This document shows, one piece after another, positions 10,790 through 22,788 of a stretch of DNA of 64,000 bases (position 1 is its first letter; the number at the start of each line of letters is the position of its first letter). The DNA comes from Hypanus sabinus (Eukaryota), in the NCBI RefSeq assembly GCF_030144855.1, contig NC_082715.1:142600001-142664000 (forward strand). The letters are read 5' to 3'. The position numbers and the translations under genes are program-made. The notes under the pieces are model-generated. The model was not told the origin of the DNA and made no database searches. It saw only the letters and a program-made list of their open reading frames with translations.

Positions 10790-11990
10790 TGAACATTGAA
10801 TATATACACTACAGCATAGTACAGGCCCTTTTAACATTTATCTAACCCTTCCTACCCTGATAACCCTCCATTGTTTTTATCATCCATGTGCCTATCTAAG
10901 AGTTTTTTAAATTCCCCTAGCGTATCTGCCTCAACCACCAACATTGGCAGGGCGTTCCACACACTCACCACTCTCTGTGTAAAAAAATACTTACCTCTGA
11001 CATTCTCCCTGCACTTTCCTCCAAAACCTCAAAAATATTTCCCCTTTATTAACCATTTCTGCCCTGGGAAAAAGTCACTGGCTGCCCCCTTGATCTATGT
11101 GTAACCCCCTGGGTCGCCTCAGGCTCGCTCAGCTCGTTCTTGTCTAGGGGGAGCAGCCTTCAGCCCCGCCAAACTGGGTAATCAGCTGGTGTGGATGCTG
11201 TGTGATGTCCCCGCCTCACCCAAAAACAGACAGTACACCATATGCGATTAAATGAGTACAATTTATAAAGGTTACTATAACTAAGTGATTAATAACGATA
11301 CAGTATATATGAAGAGAAAATTAAAGAAAAGGCGCCAAACTTATCAAAGTCCAAACCACTTCGTGCACAGCCGTTGGAGCTCAATTTCTGAAGTCTTCTG
11401 GCCACCATTCGATCCCCTCCGAACTCCTCGACTCGCAGCTCAGGACCCTCCGAACTCCTCGGACTCTCCAAACAGCTCAGGACCCTCCGAGTGGTCAACC
11501 AAGCACATCTAGCTTCATCCCCCCCTCCTCGGAGAATCTCCCAGCCTCGGACCCCCCTTTGGGGTCCGATCCTCGCCCAGCTTAGAGCATTGCGTCCTCT
11601 CTCTCGACCCCCGTCAACAAAAGCTTACAGACTCAGAAGAAAGAACATTAATCCCCATTTGGTTTACAAAGGAATACCATTCTCGTTATCAGTAAATTAG
11701 CATTCCTGCTAGTTAACAAAAAAGAAGAAACCCTCTTTACATATGACTCTTATCATCTCGAACATTTCTATCAGGTTCCCTCTCATTCACTCCAAATTTA
11801 AAAAACCGAGCTCACTCAATCTATCCTCATAAGACATGTTCTCTAATCCTGGCAGCATCCTGGTAAATCTCCTCTGCACCCTGTCTAAAGCTTCTAGATC
11901 TTTCTGATGATGAAGAGACCAGAACCAAACACAATATTCAGAGTGTGGTCTGACCAGGGTTTTATAGAGCTGCAGTATTAACTTGTGGCC
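10790..11990 (-). mobile_element. CR1 LINE 3' fragment interrupted by a solo LTR
   Basis: Antisense CR1 motifs on both sides of 11100-11741 (gttccacacactcaccactctctgtgtaaaa; ctaatcctggcagcatcctggtaaatctcctctgcacc). Confidence 0.75.
11100..11741 (-). mobile_element. Solo LTR (Gypsy/ERV-type), 642 bp
   Basis: TGTAA...TTACA termini; exact 4-bp TSD tatg at 11096-11099 and 11742-11745; CpGs retained; strand is inferred. Confidence 0.85.
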
Positions 11991-13209
11991 TGTGATCTCT
12001 GGTGAGTTTCTGGTTACTTGTGACTTCCAAACACCATATCCTGTTTATGAAAAGTAATGTGCTGACATCGTCCCATTTCTGGTGACACCCTGCCTTAATC
12101 GTCACAGAAAACACTGTTAGATAGATTACCATGCCATCCACTGAGTGCTGGCATTCCCTCAGTGTGCTGGGATTCTGCAGGACTTTCTGAAGATGTTTAG
12201 ATGAAGGTAGATTCTGAATGGAGTTTCTCAGTGTCAGAGATTAGTTTGAAGAAAGCCGCCAGGAGGGGCAGACAGTACGGTTGTCCCGTGTCTCATTGAC
12301 CTGGAAATGGGTGGTGGTAGAAGCAGATATATTAGAGACATTTAAGAGTCTCCTAGATAGGTGCATGGATGCAGGAAAAACGGAGGATTCTGTGTGAGGG
12401 CTGGGCTGGATGGATCTTGGAGTTGGTTAAAAAGTCGACACAACATCTTGGGCCAAAAGGCCTGTACTATTTCACACTGTTCCATTTTCTATGATCCTAA
12501 AATGGACTTCCCCCTTTCTACATACACAAAATGGTGTCCTGTGTGTGGAACTGTTGCCCAGTCCAATGACCACGAAAACTTGGGAAAGCCGCATAAGGAA
12601 CGCCTAGGCTGGTCTTCACCCTCATCCATGAGTGAAGCTGAACTGCCCTTCACTTTCTCTGTAACTGAAACACTATCATCTGCATTTAGTTTTCTTTTGT
12701 TTTTCTGCACCACACTTGTTTATGGAATTAGCTGTCTGGGAACTATGTAAACAAAGACTTTTCACTGTATCTTGGACCTGTGACAGTAGACCAACGACAT
12801 TAAAGTCTTTACTTGTGTGGTCCACAATGGCCATGTCAGCACCACAGTGTCAGAGCTTGAATAAAGCCCTTCCCCAACTCCACTGGGTGGATGCAGATCA
12901 AGCTGTAATGGAGGTAATGAAATAGTGGGGATGGGAGTACACCAACAGCCCCAACCTTCCCATTATTTCACTTGCCTCCCAAATTGACACAAATTGAGTT
13001 CCAAGTGGTCCCATGCTCTACACAAGCTGTTGAGACTAAAACTTTGCTTTATCCGTCATATGTACATCAAAACATACAGTGAAATGTGTCATTTGCATCA
13101 GTGACCAACACAATCTATTTCCGCGCCCACATAGCCTGCTTACTCACCTGTATGCCGCTTGAATCTGGGAAGAAACTGGGGTACTCACAGACAGCGGTGG
13201 GAGTTTAAC

Positions 13210-14060
13210 CACAATCGTATCTGAGTCACTTCTCAGGCAGGAGGCGATGGGTTTCATGACCAACCTCTCAAACCACTTCATCGCTGTAAGTGCTACTGGA
13301 TGAGAGTTTCCTTGGGCGCGGGTATAATTGAAGCCTGCTCGAAGCAGGTGGGTACTTCAGAGGGAAACGATCACAGTGAACACCCCAACCGGTTGATCAG
13401 CACAGGTCTTTGGAACTTAGCCAGGTACCCTGTCTGGACTGGATTGAAATCACAGGATCATTGGGAGCTGTGGGAGTTTGTGATGTTTCCACCGTGTTTA
13501 GATGAACAAAATGAGCACAGAAGGCATTGAGCTCATCTGGAAGTGAAGCCCTGATGTCACTTGATTAAACTTTACAAGAGGTGATAGTATTCAAGAGGTG
13601 ACAGCTATGTCATAACTGTAGAGCATCCTTTGTTGATTCAAGTTTAGTCCAGAAATGCCCCTTTGCCTGTGAGATGGCTTTCCGGAGGTCATACCTGGAC
13701 ATCTTTATAAGAGACTTCAATGGCTCTCAGCGGATTTCAGAACTCATGGTTCATCCAGGGCTTCTGTCGGGGAAGACTGAATGATTTTGTGGGGATACAC
13801 TCATCTACCACTGTTTTAATAAAGTCCATTACAACCATGGTGTATTCATTCCGACACACAGATGAGCCCCTGAAACAGCCCAGTGCACAGACTCAAAGCA
13901 ATCCCATAGATGCTCCTCTGCCACCTCTTTGTTGTCCTAATTCCTGGAGCTGTGCTCTTTAACCTCTGCCTGTGTAAGGGTAGGGGAAGGACAGCCCAGT
14001 GGTCTGATTTATTGAAATACAGTCCAGGCATGGAACAGTGGGCATTCCTTATCTCTGTAG
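13210..14060 (-). mobile_element. Highly decayed Rex1/Babar-like LINE internal fragment
   Basis: Antisense ctctcaaaccacttcatc (ALT.MKWFERLV-like) and F.KSDHWAVL endonuclease-end motif near 14000. Confidence 0.55.
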
Positions 14061-14179
14061 TCTAGTGTGTTGGGAGTAAATAGAATGGACGGTCTTTGAC
14101 TGTTAGGTGTTCAAGGACAGGGGAAGCAGTATTTCAGTGGAATAAGGGAAATTACAGTGGTATTATGAGAGAGGGCTCC

Positions 14180-14714
14180 TCATCCTAGAGAAGATGTGCT
14201 GGCATTGGAGAGGATCCGGAGGCAGTTCACACGGATGATTCCAGGAATGAAAGGGTTATCATACAAGGAACGTGTGATGGCTCTGGGTCTGTATTCACTG
14301 GAATTCAGAAGGATGGGGAGGGGGGATCTCATTGAAACCTTTCGAATGTTGAAAGGCCTAGACAGAGTAGATTTGGAAAAGGTGTTTCCCATGGTGGGGG
14401 AGTCTAGGACAAGAGGGCACAGCCTCAGGATAAAGGGGCGTCCATTCGAAACAGAGATGCAGACAGATTTATTTAGCCAGAGGGTGGTGAACTTGTGGAA
14501 TTTGTTACCACAGGCAGCTGTGGATCCCAGGTCATTGGGTGTATTTAAGGCAGAAATTGATAGGTTCTTGATTGGACATGGCATCAAAGGTTACGGGGAG
14601 AAGGCCGGGAAATGGGGTTGAGCAGGAGAAATAAAAAGGATTAGCCATGGTTGAATGGCAGAACAGACTCGATGGGCCAAATGGCCTAATTTCTGCTCCT
14701 ATGTCTTATGGTCT
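14180..14714 (+). mobile_element. CR1 LINE 3' fragment
   Basis: ORF 14196-14621 LERIRRQFTRMIPGMKGLSY...RGHSLRIKG...VVNLWNLLP followed by the CR1 3' UTR. Confidence 0.92.
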
Positions 14715-14717
14715 TAA

Positions 14718-15330
14718 AATGAATTTGACAAAACTGCCACATTGAGAGTTTATCATGAAACACACACCGCCACCTTTTGCTGTTTCCAACTCAACAATTT
14801 GGCCCATTCGGTAAATCAAGAAGCCCTTTGGTTTGACCTCTGTATCCTGCGTACTGGGAGACAGCCAAGTCTCACTCAGACATGGAATACAACAGTCCCG
14901 CATTTCCCTCCGATGCAGCACCCTTGCTCCCAGGTCCTAAATTTTGTTCTCCAGCGACTGCACATTTGCTACCAAGATGCTGGGTAGGAGGCCCTCATCC
15001 CTCCGTCAGTCAGCCTGGCTTGGAGTCACTCCCTCCTGGCTCACTTCCAGACGGGGCAAGGAATCTTTATCCACTTCACGGTGCCGTACTGCTTGGTCCA
15101 CTGAGATCTTCAGACGATCGTGAAATCTGGTCATCATTAAGTTGATTTAAAAGTACATTGCTTAGAGGGAAATTACATTTTGCAGATTGCCTTGGGAGTA
15201 ATTCAAAGAGGTATATTTAAAAGTATATTTAGAAGGAATATACACACTAATAGGGATCGCAACCTGCATCTCTGCAGGGATTTGTGCAGGAAGTTCGCTA
15301 TAAATTACAGCAGACACAACAAAACCGGTA
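14718..15330 (-). mobile_element. Rex1/Babar LINE 5' region with start of the AP-endonuclease domain
   Basis: REMRDCCIPCLSETWL...KGGGVCFMIN (ORF 14706-14921). Confidence 0.75.
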
Positions 15331-18300
15331 GAAATACACCATGAATGATAACTAGTGCATGAAAAGGATCTAGTGCTTTCCTAGTGTATATGACAAATAA
15401 AATCTTCTTGCACTTCCAGTAGGTACAGGTATTAATTATACCTGACATTTCAAGGACAGACTCTGCCATCCCTGATAAAGATGCTGAGTTAGTTAGTTAT
15501 AATTGATATTCCTATCTGGCTACAAGCCCGAGAAGAGTTCACTCATCAACTAGGTCCACCTTGAGGTTAGGATTAGGTTTATGGTTTGGGTGCAGAAACA
15601 TCAACAGAAGTACATGCTTTGTTATCAACTGGCACTAGGCAAATGCTGGCCACAAAATAGTACTGAAATGTACCATAATTTGCAAACGGATTGAATTGGA
15701 AATGATGGTGGGGGGGAGTGCAGGCCAAGTTCGTAAACGTCTTTCCGTATGTAAAGAAGATTCAGTATGTTTGGTTCTCTGGCAATGATTATTGGATCAT
15801 CAATATGCTGTTGTTTCCAAAGAAATTTCAGCACACAAATTTGTTTGTTTCCAGAATGACAACAGAGTTGGACTGGATTGATAGGTTCTTGATTATTAAG
15901 GGCACCAAAGGTAATGGGGAGAAGGCGGGAGAATGGAGTTGAGAGGGTCAATAAATCAGCCATGATGAAATGGCAGAGCAGACTCGATGGGCTGAATGGC
16001 TTAATTCTGCTCCTATGGCTTATGGTGAAAGCATCTCAATGTCTCCCTGGTGAATTGGAAAAATCTGAAATGGACCAGGTAGGTACAGAATTTTATTTTG
16101 TTTAGTGCAATTTGAAATAATCCTTAAAAACATTCCCTGTAGTAACTGGAAGATGGAGCTGCAGACAGTGACCTGGAAATTGTGCAATGCCTCAAAGCAA
16201 GATGACAAGTGGGCTGTTTATGTGACTCGCATAGCACACAAAATTATCTTCCGGGTGCTGCGTATGACAGAAGTGCTTTATGTCCAGAGATGGCAGACAA
16301 TGGTGCATCGTGTATGATTGATAGATAGATTGTATTTTTCACAGGTACAGTGAAATGTGTTGTTCGTGCCAGTGACTAACACAGTCCAAGGATGTGCTGG
16401 AGGCAGCCCAGAGTTGTCACCATGCTTCTTGCGTCAACGTAATATGCCCACGACTCACTAACCTTAACCCATACATCTTTGGAATGTGGGAAGAAAGCAG
16501 AGCACCCGGAGGAAGCAAACTCCTTCAAGACAGCAGTGGGAATTGAAACCCGAGATGCCATTCGCATCATTTACAACTGTGTATGTGGGTTATCCACAGG
16601 CCGATCACGTGGAGGCAGGTTTTCACAGCACAAGTTAGAGAGACACACCTACACTGGGCACAGACTGACACTCTGAACCCAATGGGCAGATCACTGTGAA
16701 GCCTGGCTCAGTGCAAGATGGAGAGACCCACCTACACTGGGCATGGATTGACTCTGTGAACCAAATGGGCAGATCACTCTTTGATCTTTGATTTCACAAG
16801 ACTCATCTCTATACTGGAATAGCACAGGATGGAAGAGCCTGTTACGTACTGCACAATCTCATGCACCATTGATTCCCACTCAACTGAAGTTCTTCATGAA
16901 ACAAAAGATTAACCTGATGCAGAACAAAGACCACTTTGTTATGCACTTTCACTCTGTTTGTTAAAAAAGGCAAGTTGATTGGCCTATTGCCCTGAATGTG
17001 CAGGTGGGGGGTGGGATTAGAATCATGGAGGAGATGTGGGAACATGGGGAGAATTACAAATGGGATTAATGTAGGATTGGTGTACTTGAGTGTTTGAGGG
17101 TCAGCACAGACTCAGTGGGCTGAAGGGCCTGTGTCCGTGCTGTATAACTCTATGACTTCTTATGCTGTCCTGCAACAGTCACTTTCAGTTCCGGCTACTG
17201 AGAACAACAAGTGGAACAACAATTTTTGCAACTTCATTTCACAATTCCAAGCTGTGCTCGCGTTAATGTTGCAGTTTGCCAGCACTGGAGGCTTTTTGCA
17301 ACTCATTCTTTATGTTGTTAATGTAGAGTTCAAAATGTGCTTGGGCTCATCTGGTCAGGTTTGACAAAAGTTATTTACAGCAATGGCATCCTGGTGAGCA
17401 CTGGCTTCAGCTTATTGAGTTGTACCTCACCTGCAGGCTTCTTAAAATCTACAACAGCATCCCAGGGATAACTGAACCAAAGGGCTTAAATCTCTTTTTT
17501 GCAGCTTTGGGATGTGCGATGTCATGTGCTAGACACTGCAAGTTGGTTAAATTTGATTTTCCTGCTTCAGGACAGGAATAGATTCAAAACTATGGCAGTC
17601 TGTCTGTAAGGTAATCCGGGAATTCGGGTCTAAGTTTTGGGGTTTGTTTTGACTACTGGATGCCAGTGGCCTCTGCAAATCTTGTGCCAAAGCCTTTGGT
17701 TTTAGAAAAGAATTTCAGAAAAATTACATCAGGAGAATTTCTTGTAAGTGCGAGTTTTCAGATTTGATCTGGGAAAAGCAATGAGGAGTTTGAACAAACA
17801 TTTTGGCCCTAAACTACTAGAAGAGTGAAATTTGTTAGCAGGGTTGATACTTTTATTGGGAGGTAGAGAAAGACTGAAGAGATAATTGGATAGACATCCA
17901 GAAAGAGTTGAGGAGATCACGGAAGCGCAGATAGAACATCGAGCAGTGCTACACAGGAACAGGCCCTTTGCCCACAATGTAGAGTCGAAATAGTAAAGCT
18001 AATGGCACCAAATCCCTTCTGTCGTTACGTACTTCTTATCCCATCATTTCCTGCACATTCAGAGAACGTAGAACTGTGCAACACAGGACCAGGCCCTTTG
18101 CCCACAATGTTGCGCTGTAAGATCAGTCTCACCGTTCCCATCCACATAGCCCTCAATGTTTCCTTCATTCACAATCCTGTCTAAGAACTTCTCAAAAACA
18201 CCTGTATTCTATCTGCCATCACCACCCTCCACGTAAAATGAAATAAAACTTGTCCCTCACATCTCCTTTGAACTCCCCCCCCCCCCAATTAAAATGCTTG

Positions 18301-19814
18301 TCCTGTGGTATTCAGCAATTCAGCTCTGGGAACAAAACAGATACTGGTTGTTTAGACTATGAGACATAGGATCAGGATTAGGCCATTCGGCCCATCGAGT
18401 CTGCTCCACCATTCCATCACGGCTGATTTATTATCTCTTCAACCCCATTCTTCTGCCTCCTCCCTGTAACCTTTGACACCCTGATTAAACAAGAACCTAT
18501 CAACTTCCACAGACCCCTGTAGCAATGAACTCACAGATTCATGTCGATGTCTTTGTAATTTTAGAAACTCAAATATTCAGGAATAATCTGTCAGATAATA
18601 GAACATAGAATATAGTCTATGGAATATTACAACCCAGTACAAGCCCTATGGCCCACAATGTGATGCCAACATTTTAATCTACTCTAAGATCAGTTTCTCT
18701 TATATAACCCTCCATTGTCCTATCATCCACCTATCCAAGAGTTTCTTAAATGCCCTCAAATGCCCCCGCTTTGCCACCTCATGGCAGTGTGTTCCACGCA
18801 TCTATCAATCTGTGTAAAAGAAAATTATCTCTGACATAATTTCCTCCAATCACATTAAAATCAAGCTCCCTGGTGTTATCCATGGTGTGTCTGATGTTCT
18901 CCCGAGGGGTTGTCTACTGGTGGGTCCTCGGGAGGCTGTAGAGGCTGATCGGAATCCACAGATTCTGGTGGAGTGTAGGTAATAGTAAGCAGAGCTGTGG
19001 TTAGTTGTCGGGGTTTTTTTGGCTGTTCAGGCTCTCCTTTCACAGCTATAATGCACTTACTGGTCCCGTTCTGTATATTACATTCATGACACACATGGGC
19101 TTGATGCTGCTGGGGCAGAGTTGGAGTGTGGAAAGCCTCAGCATGTTTCGAGTCAGTGTGAGGAAGTATTATCTATCTGAACAGGTCCCTTTGACCATTT
19201 AAGCCGCACTTCCCAGAAATCCCCCCAGTTCAATCCCAGCCTGATCACAGGACAATTCACAACGACCAGTCAACCGACCAACCGGTACATCTTCAGTGTG
19301 CGGGAGGAAACCACAGCACCCAAAGGAAATCCACGCGGTCGTGACGAGAAAGCATGAACTCCTCATAGGCAGCAGCGGGAATTACCATACCACCGTAAGA
19401 TGTAGGAGTAGAAGCAGGCCATTCGGCCCATCGAGTCTGCTCCGCCATTCCGTCACGGGCTGATCCGATTGAACCTGGGTCGATGATACTGCAAAGCGTT
19501 ATGCTAATCACCACTCAACAAACAGCTTTCTGCAATAGTGGAAACAATTGAAAATGATCCATAAGGGTTTTGGGGTTCCTTTACCTTTCCTTTCATCACT
19601 AGCTTTATTTTCTCCTCTTTGACAGGGCTGAGGATGGGAATGTGTCAGCCTGAGTGGGAGCCCATGATGCATCAGGAACAGACGGGACCTGGCGTGCTTT
19701 ACCAGGTTATCACGCTTAATGATTAATTCCCACTCCAGGGACTTGAGCGTCTCCGAAGACCTGACGCGGCAGTGCAATAACGAAGGAGGGACTGGACATT
19801 AAGCTAATGCTGGG

Positions 19815-20095
19815 GGTGGCACATTATCATAGTGGTTAGCACAATGCTTTACAACATGCCAGAGGTAAGCTAGGGGTTCAATTCCTGCCAGTGTCTGTAA
19901 GAAGCCTGTACGTTCTCTCCATGTCTGCAGCGGTTTACTCTGGGTCACAGATGTACTGTACAAGTTCGGGTCAGTAAGCTGTGGGCAAGCTATGTTGGTG
20001 CTGGAAGCTTGCGGGCTGCCCCCAGCACATCCTCAAAGCAAGTGACACATTTCACTGTAAGTTTTGATGTACATGCCATAAATAAAGCTGATCTC
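19815..20095 (+). mobile_element. V-domain SINE with Rex-like tail
   Basis: tagtggttagc...ggggttcaattcc head, decayed V-domain, tail tttcactgtaagttttgatgtacatgccataaataaagctgatct. Confidence 0.7.
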
Positions 20096-20099
20096 CAAG

Positions 20100-20255
20100 A
20101 TCTGTAATGACACTAGTTCGAAGAACTCCAAAAAGTTCTGTCCAACATTCATCCCTCAGTCAATATTGCTCAAATTGATGATCTGATCTCTGTCACATTG
20201 CAGTTTCTGGGAGTTTGTTACCTGCAGATTGACTGTGTTTCCTACATTACAACCA
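20100..20255 (+). mobile_element. Deu-domain SINE remnant
   Basis: ccaacattcatccctcagtcaa...gatctctgtcacattgcagtttctgggag...tttcctacattacaac. Confidence 0.55.
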
Positions 20256-20882
20256 ATGCTCTGCCTTTAACTTCTTGATGCTGGATTTTTGACCCAAAAC
20301 AATGACAATTCCTTTCCCTCCAAAGATGCTGCTCAGCCTGAGTTCCTTCAGCAGATTGTACATTGACCAGATTTAAAGAATCCCGATCGGAATATAAAAC
20401 TCTGTCTTTGTATTTAATTCGTCTACGTGCACTGAACTACCTCTGTTACCGTAATACTATATTCTGCAGCTCGTTACTTTCCATTCATGTGACCTCAAAG
20501 TAGGGAGTGATGAGTCTGGTGGCATGCAAACAAAGTTTTCCTTTGCACCTCAATACGTGTGACATTAATAAACCAATAACCACTTTGTGATTACCTTCGG
20601 TTGTGACAGGTGCTTTCCTCAGCTTTCCCGTTAGATTCAAGTCTTGTCCTGGTTTGTGATGAGGTGTGCAGTGTGTGGTGAAGGGTGCTTGTATTACAAA
20701 TCTATTATTGGAGGGGGCAGAGAGGCTGAAAGTTGGAATCCATCAGAACCAAGTCAAGTCAAGTCACTTTTTATTGTCATTTTAACCATAACTGCTGGTA
20801 CAGTACACGGTAAAAATGAGACAACGTTCCTCCAAGACCATGGTGTTACATGACACAGTACAAAAACTAGACTGAACTACGT

Positions 20883-21432
20883 AACCTCAGTGTGGCTTTA
20901 TCTTGACAGTAGAGGACGGTTCTCTACTGTCCTCTACTGTCAAGATGAAGCCACACTCAGGTTGGAGGAACAACACCTTATATACCGGCTGGGTAGCATC
21001 CAACATGATGGCATGAACATTGACGTCTCTAACTTCCGTTAATGCCCCTCCTCCCCTTCTTACCCCATCCCTGACATATTTAGTTGTTCGTTTTTTTTCT
21101 CTCTCTCTGCCCATCACTCTGCCTGTTCTTCATCTCCCTCTGGTGCTCCCCTCCCCCTTTCTTTCTCCCGAGGCCTCCCGTCCCATGATCCGTTCCCTTC
21201 TCCAGCTCTGTATCGCTTTCGCCAATCACTTTTCCAGTTCTCAGCTTCACCCCACCCCCTCCGGTCTTCTCCTATCATTTCACATTTCCCCCTCCCCCTC
21301 CTACTTTCAAATCTCTTACTGTCTTTCCTTTCAGTTAGTCCTGATGAAGGGTCTCGGCCCGAAACGTCGACAGTGCTTCTCCTATAGATGCTGCCTGACC
21401 TGCTGTGTTCCACCAGCATTTTGTGTCTGTTA
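20883..21432 (+). mobile_element. Penelope-like element 3' end (GIY-YIG C-terminus, pyrimidine-rich UTR, hammerhead) with 5' inversion
   Basis: 20932-21041 reads LYCQDEATLRLEEQHLIYRLGSIQHDGMNIDVSNFR*; 20883-20917 is a near-perfect reverse complement of 20929-20963. Confidence 0.8.
21336..21373 (+). ncRNA. Minimal type I hammerhead ribozyme motif, intact core
   Basis: gtc-CTGATGA-a-gggt(ctcg)gccc-GAAAC-GTC-gac: stem I gtc/gac, stem II hairpin, palindromic ACGT stem III, predicted cleavage after C21368. Confidence 0.78.
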
Positions 21433-22388
21433 CTAGACTACAGACCTATCCAGGACTGCATAAAGTGCACAGAACAGTGCAGGCATTACAATAAATAATA
21501 AACAGGGCAAGGTGTCAGTCCAGACTCTGGGTATTGAGGAGTCTGATAGCTTAGGAGAAGAAACTGTTACATAGTCTGGTCATGAGAGCCCGAATGCTTC
21601 GGTGCCTTTTCCCAGATGGCAGGAGTTTGTATGAGGGGTGCATGGGGTCCTTCATAATGATGTTTGCTTTGCGGATGCAGCGTGTAGTGTAAATGTCCAT
21701 GATGGTGGGAAGAGAGACCCCAATGATCTTCTCAGTTGACTTCACTATCCGCTGCAGGGTCTTGCGATCCGAGATGGTGCAATTCCCGAACCAGGCAGTG
21801 ATGCAGCTGCTCAGGATGTTCTCAATACAACCCCTGTAGAATGTGATGAGGATGGGGGGTGGGAGATGGAGTTTTCTCAGCCTTCGCAGAAAGTAGAGAC
21901 TGCTGGGCTTTCTTTGCTATGGAGCTGGTGTTGAGGGACCAGGTGAGATTCTCCGCCAGGTGAACACCAAGAAATTTGGTGCTCTTAATGATCTCTACCA
22001 AGGAGCCGTTGATGTTCAGCGGGGAGAGGTCGCTCCGTGCCCTCCTGAAGTCAACAGCCATCTCTGTTGTTTTGTTCACATTCAGAGACAGGTTGTTGTC
22101 TCTGCACCAGTCCGTTAGCCGCTGCACCTCCTCTCTGTAAGCTGACTCGTCGTTCTTACTGATGAGACCCAGCATGGTCATGTCATCGGCGAACTTGATG
22201 ATATGGTTCGAGCTGTGTGTTACAGCACAGTCGTGGGTCAGCAGAGTGAATAGCAGTGGACAGAGCACGCAGCCCTGGGGAGCCCCTGTGCTCAGTGTGA
22301 TGGTGTTGGAGATGCTGCTTCTGATCCGGACTGACTGAGGTCTCCCAGTCAGGAAGTCTAGGATCCAGTTGCAGAGGGAGGTGTTCAG

Positions 22389-22788
22389 GAATTTAGAAGA
22401 TTGAGGGGGGATCTTATTGAAACGTATAAAATTCTAAAGGGATTGGACAGGTTAGATGCAGGAAGATTGTTTCCAATGTTGGGGAAGTCCAGAATGAGGG
22501 GTCACAATTTAAGGATAAAGGGGAAGCCTTTTAGGATCGAGATGAGGAAAAATTTCTTCACACAGAGAGTGGTGAATCTGTAGAATTCTCTGCCACAGGA
22601 GACAGTTGAGGCCGGTTCATTGGCTATATTTGAGAGGAATTTAGATATGGCCCTTGTGGCTAATGGGATCGGGGGTATGGAAAGAAAGCAGATACAGGGT
22701 TCTGAGTTGGATGATCAGCCATGATCATACTGAACGGCGGTGCAGGTTCGAAGGGCCGAATGGCCTACTCCTGCCCCTATTTTCTATG
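22389..22788 (+). mobile_element. CR1 LINE 3' fragment nested in the Rex element
   Basis: [24 protein letters not shown]...FFTQRVVNL plus 3' UTR gggccgaatggcctactcctgc. Confidence 0.92.
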
